A DNA stretch of 64,000 bases, taken from the NCBI GenBank assembly GCA_964016885.1, contig OZ024743.1:333126001-333190000 (forward strand), in the 5' to 3' direction. This document shows, piece by piece, positions 12,901 to 26,589 of the stretch. The stretch comes from Eledone cirrhosa (taxonomy: Eukaryota). Under the pieces are notes generated by a model. That model did no database searches, was not told the origin of the DNA, and was given only the letters and a program-made list of their open reading frames with translations. A program made the translations under genes and the position numbers. Numbering within the stretch: the first letter of the stretch is position 1; every line of letters starts with the position of its first letter.

Positions 12901-15900
12901 TCAGTAGTTAGCTGTCGAGACACTGCATCCTTTAAAACCTCCATGGAACAAACTGCCTGATTCAGTTGTTAGCTGTCGAGACACTGCATCCTTTAAAACC
13001 TCCATGGAACAAACTACCTACATCAGTTGTTAGCTGTCGAGACACTGCATCCTTTAAAACCTCCATGGAACAAACTACCTGCATCAGTTGTTAGCTGTCG
13101 AGACACTGCATCCTTTAAAACCTCCATGGAACAAACTACCTGAGCTGTCGAGACACTGCATCCTTTAAAACCTCCATGGAACAAACTACCTGCATCAGTT
13201 GTTAGCTGTCGAGACACTGCATCCTTTAAAACCTCCATGGAACAAACTACCTGCATCAGTTGTTAGCTGTCGAAACACTGCATCCTTTAAAACCTCCATG
13301 GAACAAACTACCTGAATCAGTTGTTAGCTGTCGAGACACTGCATCCTTTAAAACCTCCATGGAACAAACTACCTGCATCAGTTGTTAGCTGTCGAGACAC
13401 TGCATCCTTTAAAACCTCCATGGAACAAACTACCTACATCAGTAGTTAGCTGTCGAGACACTGCATCCTTTAAAACCTCCATGGAACAAACTGCCTGTAT
13501 CAGTTGTTAGCTGTCGAGACACTGCATCCTTTAAAACCTCCATCGAACAAACTACCTACATCAGTTGTTAGCTGTCGAGACACTGCATCCTTTAAAACCT
13601 CCATGGAACAAACTACCTGCATCAGTTGTTAGCTGTCGAGACACTGCATCCTTTAAAACCTCCATGGAACAAACTACCTGCATCTGTTGTTAGCTGTCGA
13701 GACACTGCATCCTTTAAAACCTCCATGGAACAAACTACCTGCATCAGTTGTTAGCTGTCGAGACACTGCATCCTTTAAAACCTCCATGGATCAAACTACC
13801 TGCAACAGTTGCTAGCTATCGAGACACTGCATCCTTTAAAACCTCCATGGAACAAACTACCTACATCAGTTGTTAGCTGTCGAGACACTGCAACCTTTAA
13901 AACCTCCATGGAACAAACTACCTACATCAGTTGTTAGCTGTCGAGACACTGCATCCTTTAAAACCTCCATGGAACAAACTACCTACATCAGTTGTTAGCT
14001 GTTGAGACACTGCTTCCTTTAAAACCTCCATGGAACAAACTACCTGCATCAGTTGTTAGCTGTCGAGACACTGCATCCTTTAAAACCTCCATGGAACAAA
14101 CTACCTGAATCAGTTGTTAGCTGTCGAGACACTGCTTCCTTTAAAACCTCCATGGAACAAACTACCTGCATCAGTTGTTAGCTGTTGAGACACTACATCC
14201 TTTAAAACCTCTATGGAACAAACTACCTGCATCAGTTGTTAGCTGTCGAGACACTGCATCCTTTAAAACCTCCATGGAACAAACTTCCTGCATCAGTTGT
14301 TAGCTGTTGAGACACTGCTTCCTTTAAAACCTCCATGGAACAAACTACCTGCATCAGTTGTTAGCTGTTGAGACACTGCATCCTTTAAAACCTCCATGGA
14401 ACAAACTACCTGCATCAGTTGTTAGCTGTCGAGACACTGCATCCTTTAAAACCTCCATGGAACAAACTACCTGCATCAGTTGTTAGCTGTCGAGACACTG
14501 CATCCTTTAAAACCTCCATGGAACAAACTACCTGCATCAGTTGTTAGCTGTCGAAACACTGCATCCTTTAAAACCTCCATGGAACAAACTACCTGAATCA
14601 GTTGTTAGCTGTCGAGACACTGCATCCTTTAAAACCTCCATGGAACAAACTACCTTCATCAGTAGTTAGCTGTCGAGACACTGCATCCTTTAAAACCTCC
14701 ATGGAACAAACTGCCTGTATCAGTTGTTAGCTGTCGAGACACTGCATCCTTTAAAACCTCCATGGAACAAACTACCTACATCAGTTGTTAGCTGTCGAGA
14801 CACTGCATCCTTTAAAACCTCCATGGAACAAACTACCTGCATCAGTTGTTAGCTGTCGAGACACTGCATCCTTTAAAACCTCCATGGAACAAACTACCTG
14901 CATCAGTTGTTAGCTGTCGAGACACTGCATCCTTTAAAACCTCCATGGAACAAACTACCTGCATCAGTTGTTAGCTGTCGAGACACTGCATCCTTTAAAA
15001 CCTTCATGGATCAAACTACCTGCAACAGTTGCTAGCTATCGAGACACTGCATCCTTTAAAACCTCCATGGAACAAACTACCTACATCAGTTGTTAGCTGT
15101 CGAGACACTGCATCCTTTAAAACCTCCATGGAACAAACTACCTACATCAGTTGTTAGCTGTCGAGACACTGCATCCTTTAAAACCTCCATGGAACAAACT
15201 ACCTACATCAGTTGTTAGCTGTCCAGACACTGCTTCCTTTAAAACCTCCATGGAACAAACTACGCGCATCAGTTGTTAGCTGTCGAGACACTGCATCCTT
15301 TAAAACCTCCATGGAACAAACTACCTGAATCAGTTGTTAGCTGTCGAGACACTGCATCCTTTAAAACCTCCATGGAACAAACTACCTGCATCAGTTGTTA
15401 GCTGTCGAGACACTGCATCCTTTAAAACCTCCATGGAACAAACTACTTGCATCAGCTGTTTGCTGTCGAGACACTGCATCCTTTAAAACCTCCATGGAAC
15501 AAACTACCTGCATCAGTTGTTAGCTGTCGAGACACTGCATCCTTTAAAACCTCCATGGATCAAACTACCTGCAACAGTTGCTAGCTGTCGAGACACTGCA
15601 TCCGTTAAAACCTCCATGGAACAAACTACCTACATCAGTTGTTAGCTGTCGAGACACTGCATCCTATAAAACCTCCATGGAACAAACTACCTACATCAGT
15701 TGTTAGCTGTTGAAACACTGCTTCCTTTAAAACCTCCATGGAACAAACTACCTACATCAGTTGTTAGCTGTTGAGACACTGCTTCCTTTAAAACCTCCAT
15801 GGAACAAACTACCTGCATCAGTTGTTAGCTGTCGAGACACTGCATCCTTTAAAACCTCCATGGAACAAACTACCTGCATCAGTTGTTAGCTGTCGAGACA

Positions 15901-18720
15901 CTGCATCCTTTAAAACCTCCATGGAACAAACTACCTGCATCAGTTGTTAGCTGTCGAGACACTGCATCCTTTTAAACCTCCATGGAACAAACTACCTGCA
16001 TCAGTAGTTAGCTGTCGAGACACTGCATCCTTTAAAACCTCCATGGAACAAACTACCTGCATCAGTAGTTAGCTGTCGAGACACTGCATCCTTTAAAACC
16101 TCCATGTAACAAACTGCCTGATTCAGTTGTTAGCTGTCGAGACACTGCATCCTTTAAAACCTCCATGGAACAAACTACCTACATCAGTTGTTAGCTGTCG
16201 AGACACTGCATCCTTTAAAACCTCCATGGAACAAACTACCTGCATCTGTTGTTAGCTGTCGAGACACTGCATCCTTTAAAACCTCCATGGAACAAACTAC
16301 CTACATCAGTTGTTAGCTGTCGAGACACTGCATCCTTTAAAACCTGCATGGAACAAACTACCTGCATCAGTTGTTAGCTGTCGTGACACTGCATCCTTTA
16401 AAACCTCCATGGAACAAACTACCTGCATCAGTTCTTAGCTGTCGAAACACTGCATCCTTTAAAACCTCCATGGAACAAACTACCTGAATCAGTTGTTAGC
16501 TGTCGAGACACTGCATCCTTTAAAACCTCCATGGAACAAACTACCTGCATCAGTTGTTAGCTGTCGAGACACTGCATCCTTTAAAACCTCCATGGAACAA
16601 ACTACCTACATCAGTTGTTAGCTGTCGAGACACTGCATCCTTTAAAACCTCCATGGAACAAACTACCTACATCAGTTGTTAGCTGTCGAGACACTGCTTC
16701 CTTTAAAACCTCCATGGAACAAACTACCTGCATCAGTTGTTAGCTGTCGAGACACTGCATCCTTTAAAACCTCCATGGAACAAACTACCTGAATCAGTTG
16801 TTAGCTGTCGAGACACTGCATCCTTTAAAACCTCCATGGAACAAACTACCTTCATCAGTTGTTAGCTGTCGAGACACTGCATCCTTTAAAACCTCCATGG
16901 AACAAACTACCTGCATCAGTTGTTAGCTGTCGAGACACTGCATCCTTTAAAACCTCCATGGAACAAACTACCTGCATCAGTTGTTAGCTGTCGAGACACT
17001 GCATCCTTTAAAACCTCCATGGATCAAACTACCTGCAACAGTTGCTAGCTGTCGAGACACTGCATCCGTTAAAACCTCCATGGAACAAACTACCTACATC
17101 AGTTGTTAGCTGTCGAGACACTGCATCCTTTAAAACCTCCATGGAACAAACTACCTACATCAGTTGTTAGCTGTTGAAACACTGCTTCCTTTAAAACCTC
17201 CATGGAACAAACTACCTACATCAGTTGTTAGCTGTTGAGACACTGCTTCCTTTAAAACCTCCATGGAACAAACTACCTGCATCAGTAGTTAGCTGTCGAG
17301 ACACTGCATCCTTTAAAACCTCCATGGAACAAACTGCCTGATTCAGTTGTTAGCTGTCGAGACACTGCATCCTTTAAAACCTCCATGGAACAAACTACCT
17401 ACATCAGTTGTTAGCTGTCGAGACACTGCATCCTTTAAAACCTCCATGGAACAAACTACCTGCATCAGTTGTTAGCTGTCGAGACACTGCATCCTTTAAA
17501 ACCTCCATGGAACAAACTACCTGAGCTGTCGAGACACTGCATCCTTTAAAACCTCCATGGAACAAACTACCTGCATCAGTTGTTAGCTGTCGAGACACTG
17601 CATCCTTTAAAACCTCCATGGAACAAACTACCTGCATCAGTTGTTAGCTGTCGAAACACTGCATCCTTTAAAACCTCCATGGAACAAACTACCTGAATCA
17701 GTTGTTAGCTGTCGAGACACTGCATCCTTTAAAACCTCCATGGAACAAACTACCTGCATCAGTTGTTAGCTGTCGAGACACTGCATCCTTTAAAACCTCC
17801 ATGGAACAAACTACCTACATCAGTAGTTAGCTGTCGAGACACTGCATCCTTTAAAACCTCCATGGAACAAACTGCCTGTATCAGTTGTTAGCTGTCGAGA
17901 CACTGCATCCTTTAAAACCTCCATCGAACAAACTACCTACATCAGTTGTTAGCTGTCGAGACACTGCATCCTTTAAAACCTCCATGGAACAAACTACCTG
18001 CATCAGTTGTTAGCTGTCGAGACACTGCATCCTTTAAAACCTCCATGGAACAAACTACCTGCATCTGTTGTTAGCTGTCGAGACACTGCATCCTTTAAAA
18101 CCTCCATGGAACAAACTACCTGCATCAGTTGTTAGCTGTCGAGACACTGCATCCTTTAAAACCTCCATGGATCAAACTACCTGCAACAGTTGCTAGCTAT
18201 CGAGACACTGCATCCTTTAAAACCTCCATGGAACAAACTACCTACATCAGTTGTTAGCTGTCGAGACACTGCAACCTTTAAAACCTCCATGGAACAAACT
18301 ACCTACATCAGTTGTTAGCTGTCGAGACACTGCATCCTTTAAAACCTCCATGGAACAAACTACCTACATCAGTTGTTAGCTGTTGAGACACTGCTTCCTT
18401 TAAAACCTCCATGGAACAAACTACCTGCATCAGTTGTTAGCTGTCGAGACACTGCATCCTTTAAAACCTCCATGGAACAAACTACCTGAATCAGTTGTTA
18501 GCTGTCGAGACACTGCTTCCTTTAAAACCTCCATGGAACAAACTACCTGCATCAGTTGTTAGCTGTTGAGACACTACATCCTTTAAAACCTCTATGGAAC
18601 AAACTACCTGCATCAGTTGTTAGCTGTCGAGACACTGCATCCTTTAAAACCTCCATGGAACAAACTTCCTGCATCAGTTGTTAGCTGTTGAGACACTGCT
18701 TCCTTTAAAACCTCCATGGA
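9960..18720 (+). repeat. Near-perfect tandem duplication of a 72-monomer (4381-bp) higher-order unit
   Basis: ACGCG at 10881 and 15262; 11-bp deletion at 13142 and 17523; ORF track 13023 vs 17404. All offsets are 4381 = 72x61-11. Confidence 0.93.
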
Positions 18721-21700
18721 ACAAACTACCTGCATCAGTTGTTAGCTGTCGAGACACTGCATCCTTTAAAACCTCCATGGAACAAACTACCTGCATCAGT
18801 TGTTAGCTGTCGAGACACTGCATCCTTTAAAACCTCCATGGAACAAACTACCTGCATCAGTTATTAGCTGTCGAGACACTGCATCCTTTAAAACCTCCAT
18901 GGATCAAACTACCTGCAACAGTTGCTAGCTGTCGAGACACTGCATCCGTTAAAACCTCCATGGAACAAACTACCTACATCAGTTGTTAGCTGTCGAGACA
19001 CTGCATCCTTTAAAACCTCCATGGAACAAACTACCTACATCAGTTGTTAGCTGTTGAGACACTGCTTCCTTTAAAACCTCCATGGAACAAACTACCTACA
19101 TCAGTTGTTAGCTGTTGAGACACTGCTTCCTTTAAAACCTCCATGGAACAAACTACCTGCATCAGTTGTTAGCTGTCGAGACACTGCATCCTTTAAAACC
19201 TCCATGGAACAAACTACCTGCATCAGTTGTTAGCTGTCGAGACACTGCATCCTTTAAAACCTCCATGGAACAAACTACCTGCATCAGTTGTTAGCTGTCG
19301 AGACACTGCATCCTTTTAAACCTCCATGGAACAAACTACCTGCATCAGTAGTTAGCTGTCGAGACACTGCATCCTTTAAAACCTCCATGGAACAAACTAC
19401 CTGCATCAGTAGTTAGCTGTCGAGACACTGCATCCTTTAAAACCTCCATGGAACAAACTGCCTGATTCAGTTGTTAGCTGTCGAGACACTGCATCCTTTA
19501 AAACCTCCATGGAACAAACTACCTACATCAGTTCTTAGCTGTCGAGACACTGCATCCTTTAAAACCTCCATGGAACAAACTACCTGCATCAGTTGTTAGC
19601 TGTCGAGACACTGCATCCTTTCAAACCTCCATGGAACAAACTACCTGCATCAGTTGTTAGCTGTCGAGACACTGCATCCTTTAAAACCTCCATGGAACAA
19701 ACTACCTACATCAGTAGTTAGCTGTCGAGATACTGCATCCTTTAAAACCTCCATGGAACAAACTGCCTGTATCAGTTGTTAGCTGTCGAGACACTGCATC
19801 CTTTAAAACCTCCATGGAACAAACTACCTGCATCAGTTGTTAGCTGTCGAGACACTGCATCCTTTAAAACCTCCATGGAACAAACTACCTGAATCAGTTG
19901 TTAGCTGTCGAGACACTGCATCCTTTAAAACCTCCATGGAACAAACTACCTGCATCAGTTGTTAGCTGTCGAGACACTGCATCCTTTTAAACCTCCATGG
20001 AACAAACTACCTGCATCAGTAGTTAGCTGTCGAGACACTGCATCCTTTAAAACCTCCATGGAACAAACTACCTGCATCAGTAGTTAGCTGTCGAGACACT
20101 GCATCCTTTAAAACCTCCATGGAACAAACTGCCTGATTCAGTTGTTAGCTGTCGAGACACTGCATCCTTTAAAACCTCCATGGAACAAACTACCTACATC
20201 AGTTGTTAGCTGTCGAGACACTGCATCCTTTAAAACCTCCATGGAACAAACTACCTGCATCAGTTGTTAGCTGTCGAGACACTGCATCCTTTCAAACCTC
20301 CATGGAACAAACTACCTGCATCAGTTGTTAGCTGTCGAGACACTGCATCCTTTAAAACCTCCATGGAACAAACTACCTACATCAGTAGTTAGCTGTCGAG
20401 ACACTGCATCCTTTAAAACCTCCATGGAACAAACTGCCTGTATCAGTTGTTAGCTGTCGAGACACTGCATCCTTTAAAACCTCCATGGAACAAACTACCT
20501 GCATCAGTTGTTAGCTGTCGAGACACTGCATCCTTTAAAACCTCCATGGAACAAACTACCTGAATCAGTTGTTAGCTGTCGAGACACTGCATCCTTTAAA
20601 ACCTCCATGGAACAAACTACCTGCATCAGTTGTTAGCTGTCGAGACACTGCATCCTTTAAAACCTCCATGGAACAAACTACCTGCATCAGTTGTTAGCTG
20701 TCGAGACACTGCATCCTTTAAAACCACCATGGAACAAACTTCCTGCATCAGTTGTTAGCTGTTGAGACACTGCTTCCTTTAAAACCTCCATGGAACAAAC
20801 TACCTGCATCAGTTGTTAGCTGTCGAGACACTGCATCCTTTAAAACCTCCATGGAACAAACTACCTGCATCAGTTGTTAGCTGTCGAGACACTGCATCCT
20901 TTAAAACCTCCATGGAACAAACTACCTGCATCAGTTGTTAGCTGTCGAGACACTGCATCCTTTAAAACCTCCATGGATCAAACTACCTGCAACAGTTGCT
21001 AGCTGTCGAGACACTGCATCCTTTAAAACCTCCATGGAACAAACTACCTACATCAGTTGTTAGCTGTCGAGACACTACATCCTTTAAAACCTCCATGGAA
21101 CAAACTACCTACATCAGTTGTTAGCTGTTGAGACACTGCTTCCTTTAAAACCTCCATGGAACAAACTACCTACATCAGTTGTTAGCTGTTGAGACACTGC
21201 TTCCTTTAAAACCTCCATGGAACAAACTACCTGCATCAGTTGTTAGCTGTCGAGACACTGCATCCTTTAAAACCTCCATGGAACAAACTACCTGCATCAG
21301 TTGTTAGCTGTCGAGACACTGCATCCTTTAAAACCTCCATGGAACAAACTACCTGCATCAGTTGTTAGCTGTCGAGATACTGCATCCTTTTAAACCTCCA
21401 TGGAACAAACTACCTGCATCAGTAGTTAGCTGTCGAGACACTGCATCCTTTAAAACCTCCATGGAACAAACTACCTGCATCAGTAGTTAGCTGTCGAGAC
21501 ACTGCATCCTTTAAAACCTCCATGGAACAAACTACCTGCATCAGTTGTTAGCTGTCGAGACACTGCATCCTTTAAAACCTCCATGGAACAAACTACCTGC
21601 ATCAGTTGTTAGCTGTCGAGACACTGCATCCTTTAAAACCTCCATGGAACAAACTACCTGCATCAGTTGTTAGCTGTCGAGACACTGCATCCTTTAAAAC

Positions 21701-24700
21701 CTCCATGGATCAAACTACCTGCAACAGTTGCTAGCTGTCGAGACACTGCATCCTTTAAAACCTCCATGGAACAAACTACCTGCATCAGTTGCTAGCTGTC
21801 GAGGCACTGCATCCTTTAAAACCTCCATGGAACAAACTACCTACATCAGTTGGTAGCTGTCGAGACACTGCTTCCTTTAAAACCTCCATGGAACAAACTA
21901 CCTGCATCAGTTGTCAGCTGTCGAGACACTGCATCCTTTAAAACCTCCATGGAACAAATTACCTGCATCAGTTGTTAGCTGTCGAGACACTGTATCCTTT
22001 AAAACCTCCATGGAACAAACTACCTGCATCAGTTGTTAGCTGTCATGACACTGCATCCTTTAAAACCTCCATGGAACAAACTACCTGCATCAGTTGTTAG
22101 TTGTCCGGACACTGCATCCTTTAAAACCTCCATGGAACAAACTACCTACATCAGTTGTTAGCTGTCGAGACACTGCTTCCTTTAAAACCTCCATGGAACA
22201 AACTACCTGCATCAGTTGTCAGCTGTCGAGACACTGCATCCTTTAAAACCTCCATGGAACAAATTACCTGCATCAGTTGTTAGCTGTCGAGACACTGTAT
22301 CCTTTAAAACCTCCATGGAACAAACTACCTGCATCAGTTGTTAGCTGTCATGACACTGCATCCTTTAAAACCTCCATGGAACAAACTACCTGCATCAGTT
22401 GTTAGTTGTCCGGACACTGCATCCTTTAAAACCTCCATGGAACAAACTCCCTGCATCAGTTGTTAGCTGTCGAGACACTGCATCCTTTAAAACCTCCATG
22501 GAACAAACTACCTGCATCAGTTGTTAGCTGTCGAGACACTGCATCTTTTAAAACCTCCATGGAACAAACTACCTGCATCAGCTGTTAGCTATCGAGACAC
22601 TGCATCCTTTAAAACCTCCATAGAACATACTACCTGCATCAGTTGTTAGCTGTCAGGACACAACTACCTACATCAGTTGTTAGCTGTCGAGACACTGCAT
22701 CCTTTAAAACCTCCATGGAACAAACTACCTACATCAGTTGTTAGCTGTTGAGACACTGCTTCCTTTAAAACCTCCATGGAACAAACTACCTACATCAGTT
22801 GTTAGCTGTTGAGACACTGCTTCCTTTAAAACCTCCATGGAACAAACTACCTGCATCAGTTGTTAGCTGTCGAGACACTGCATCCTTTAAAACCTCCATG
22901 GAACAAACTACCTGCATCAGTTGTTAGCTCTCGAGACACTGCATCCTTTAAAACCTCCATGGAACAAACTACCTGCATCAGTTGTTAGCTGTCGAGACAC
23001 TGCATCCTTTTAAACCTCCATGGAACAAACTACCTGCATCAGTAGTTAGCTGTCGAGACACTGCATCCTTTAAAACCTCCATGTAACAAACTACCTGCAT
23101 CAGTAGTTAGCTGTCGAGACACTGCATCCTTTAAAACCTCCATGGAACAAACTGCCTGTATCAGTTGTTAGCTGTCGAGACACTGCATCCTTTAAAACCT
23201 CCATGGAACAAACTACCTGCATCAGTTGTTAGCTGTCGAGACACTGCATCCTTTAAAACCTCCATGGAACAAACTACCCGAATCAGTTGTTAGCTGTCGA
23301 GACACTGCATCCTTTAAAACCTCCATGGAACAAACTACCTGCATCAGTTGTTAGCTGTCGAGACACTGCATCCTTTAAAACCTCCATGGAACAAACTACC
23401 TGCATCAGTTGTTAGCTGTCGAGACACTGCATCCTTTAAAACCTCCATGGAACAAACTTCCTGCATCAGTTGTTAGCTGTTGAGACACTGCTTCCTTTAA
23501 AACCTCCATGGAACAAACTACCTGCATCAGTTGTTAGCTGTCGAGACACTGCATCCTTTAAAACCTCCATGGAACAAACTACCTGCATCAGTTGTTAGCT
23601 GTCGAGACACTGCATCCTTTAAAACCTCCATGGAACAAACTACCTGCATCAGTTGTTAGCTGTCGAGACACTGCATCCTTTAAAACCTCCATGGATCAAA
23701 CTACCTGCAACAGTTGCTAGCTGTCGAGACACTGCATCCTTTAAAACCTCCATGGAACAAACTACCTACATCAGTTGTTAGCTGTCGAGACACTGCATCC
23801 TTTAAAACCTCCATGGAACAAACTACCTACATCAGTTGTTAGCTGTTGAGACACTGCTTCCTTTAAAACCTCCATGGAACAAACTACCTACATCAGTTGT
23901 TAGCTGTCGAGACACTGCTTCCTTTAAAACCTCCATGGAACAAACTACCTGCATCATTTGTTAGCTGTCGAGACACTGCATCCTTTAAAACCTCCATGGA
24001 ACAAACTACCTGCATCAGTTGTTAGCTGTCGAGACACTGCATCCTTTAAAACCTCCATGGAACAAACTACCTGCATCAGTTGTTAGCTGTCGAGACACTG
24101 CATCCTTTTAAACCTTCATGGAACAAACTACCTGCATCAGTAGTTAGCTGTCGAGACACTGCATCCTTTAAAACCTCCATGGAACAAACTACCTGCATCA
24201 GTAGTTAGCTGTCGAGACACTGCATCCTTTAAAACCTCCATGGAACAAACTGCCTGATTCAGTTGTTAGCTGTCGAGACACTGCATCCTTTAAAACCTCC
24301 ATGGAACAAACTACCTGCATCAGTTGTTAGCTGTCGAGACACTGCATCCTTTAAAACCTCCATGGAACAAACTACCTGCATCAGTTGTTAGCTGTCGAGA
24401 CACTGCATCCTTTAAAACCTCCATGGAACAAACTACCTGCATCAGTTGTTAGCTGTCGAGACACTGCATCCTTTAAAACCTCCATGGATCAAACTACCTG
24501 CAACAGTTGCTAGCTGTCGAGACACTGCATCCTTTAAAACCTCCATGGAACAAACTACCTGCATCAGTTGCTAGCTGTCGAGGCACTGCATCCTTTAAAA
24601 CCGCCATGGAACAAACTACCTACATCAGTTGGTAGCTGTCGAGACACTGCATCCTTTAAAACCTCCATGGAACAAACTACCTACATCAGTTGTTAGCTGT

Positions 24701-25405
24701 CGAGACACTGCTTCCTTTAAAACCTCCATGGAACAAACTACCTGCATCAGTTGTCAGCTGTCGAGACACTGCATCCTTTAAAACCTCCATGGAACAAATT
24801 ACCTGCATCAGTTGTTAGCTGTCGAGACACTGTATCCTTTAAAACCTCCATGGAACAAACTACCTGCATCAGTTGTTAGCTGTCATGACACTGCATCCTT
24901 TAAAACCTCCATGGAACAAACTACCTGCATCAGTTGTTAGCTGTCAAGACACTGCATCCTTTAAAACCTCCATGGAACAAACTACCTGCATCAGTTGTTA
25001 GTTGTCCGGACACTGCATCCTTTAAAACCTCCATGGAACAAACTCCCTGCATAAGTTGTTAGCTGTCAAGACACTGCATCCTTTAAAACCTCCATGGAAC
25101 AAACTACCTGCATCAGTTGTTAGCTGTCGAGACACTGCATCTTTTAAAACCTCCATGGAACAAACTACCTGCATCAGCTGTTAGCTATCGAGACACTGCA
25201 TCCTTTAAAACCTCCATAGAACATACTACCTGCATCAGTTGTTAGCTGTCAGGACACAACTACCTACATCAGTTGTTAGCTGTCGAGACACTGCATCCTT
25301 TAAAACCTCCATGGAACAAACTACCTACATCAGTTGTTAGCTGTTGAGACACTGCTTCCTTTAAAACCTCCATGGAACAAACTACCTACATCAGTTGTTA
25401 GCTGT
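16875..25405 (+). repeat. About 8.5-kb block, copy 2 (paralogous to about 1275-9865)
   Basis: Lines starting at 1441 and 17041 are identical in register. The copies differ by +1 monomer near 19260, -2 monomers near 21530 and a few private SNPs. Confidence 0.92.
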
Positions 25406-26589
25406 TGAGACACTGCTTCCTTTAAAACCTCCATGGAACAAACTACCTGCATCAGTTGTTAGCTGTCGAGACACTGCATCCTTTAAAACCTCCATGGAAC
25501 AAACTACCTGCATCAGTTGTTAGCTCTCGAGACACTGCATCCTTTAAAACCTCCATGGAACAAACTACCTGCATCAGTTGTTAGCTGTCGAGACACTGCA
25601 TCCTTTTAAACCTCCATGGAACAAACTACCTGCATCAGTAGTTAGCTGTCGAGACACTGCATCCTTTAAAACCTCCATGGAACAAACTACCTGCATCAGT
25701 AGTTAGCTGTCGAGACACTGCATCCTTTAAAACCTCCATGGAACAAACTGCCTGATTCAGTTGTTAGCTGTCGAGACACTGCATCCTTTAAAACCTCCAT
25801 GGAACAAACTACCTACATCAGTTGTTAGCTGTCGAGACACTGCATCCTTTAAAACCTCCATGGATCAAACTACCTGCAACAGTTGCTAGCTGTCGAGACA
25901 CTGCATCCTTTAAAACCTCCATGGAACAAACTACCTGCATCAGTTGCTAGCTGTCGAGACACTGCATCCTTTAAAACCTCCATGGAACAAACTACCTACA
26001 TCAGTTGGTAGCTGTCGAGACACTGCATCCTTTAAAACCTCCATGGAACAAACTACCTACATCAGTTGTTAGCTGTCGAGACACTGCTTCCTTTAAAACC
26101 TCAATGGAACAAACTACCTGCATGAGTTGTTAGCTGTCGAGACACTGCATCCTTTAAAACCTCCATGGAATAAATTACCTGCATCAGTTGTTAGCTGTCG
26201 AGACACTGTATCCTTTAAAACCTCCATGGAACAAACTACCTGCATCAGTTGTTAACTGTCATGACACTGCATCCTTTAAAACCTCCATGGAACAAACTAC
26301 CTGCATCAGTTGTTAGCTGTCGAGACACTGCATCCTTTAAAACCTCCATGGAACAAACTACCTGCATCAGTTGTTAGCTGTCAAGACACTGCATCCTTTA
26401 AAACCTCCATGGAACAAACTACCTGCATCAGTTGTTAGTTGTCCGGACACTGCATCCTTTAAAACCTCCATGGAACAAACTACCTGCATCAGTTGTTAGC
26501 TGTCGAGACACTGCATCTTTTAAAACCTCCATGGAACAAACTACCTGCATCAGCTGTTAGCTATCGAGACACTGCATCCTTTAAAACCT

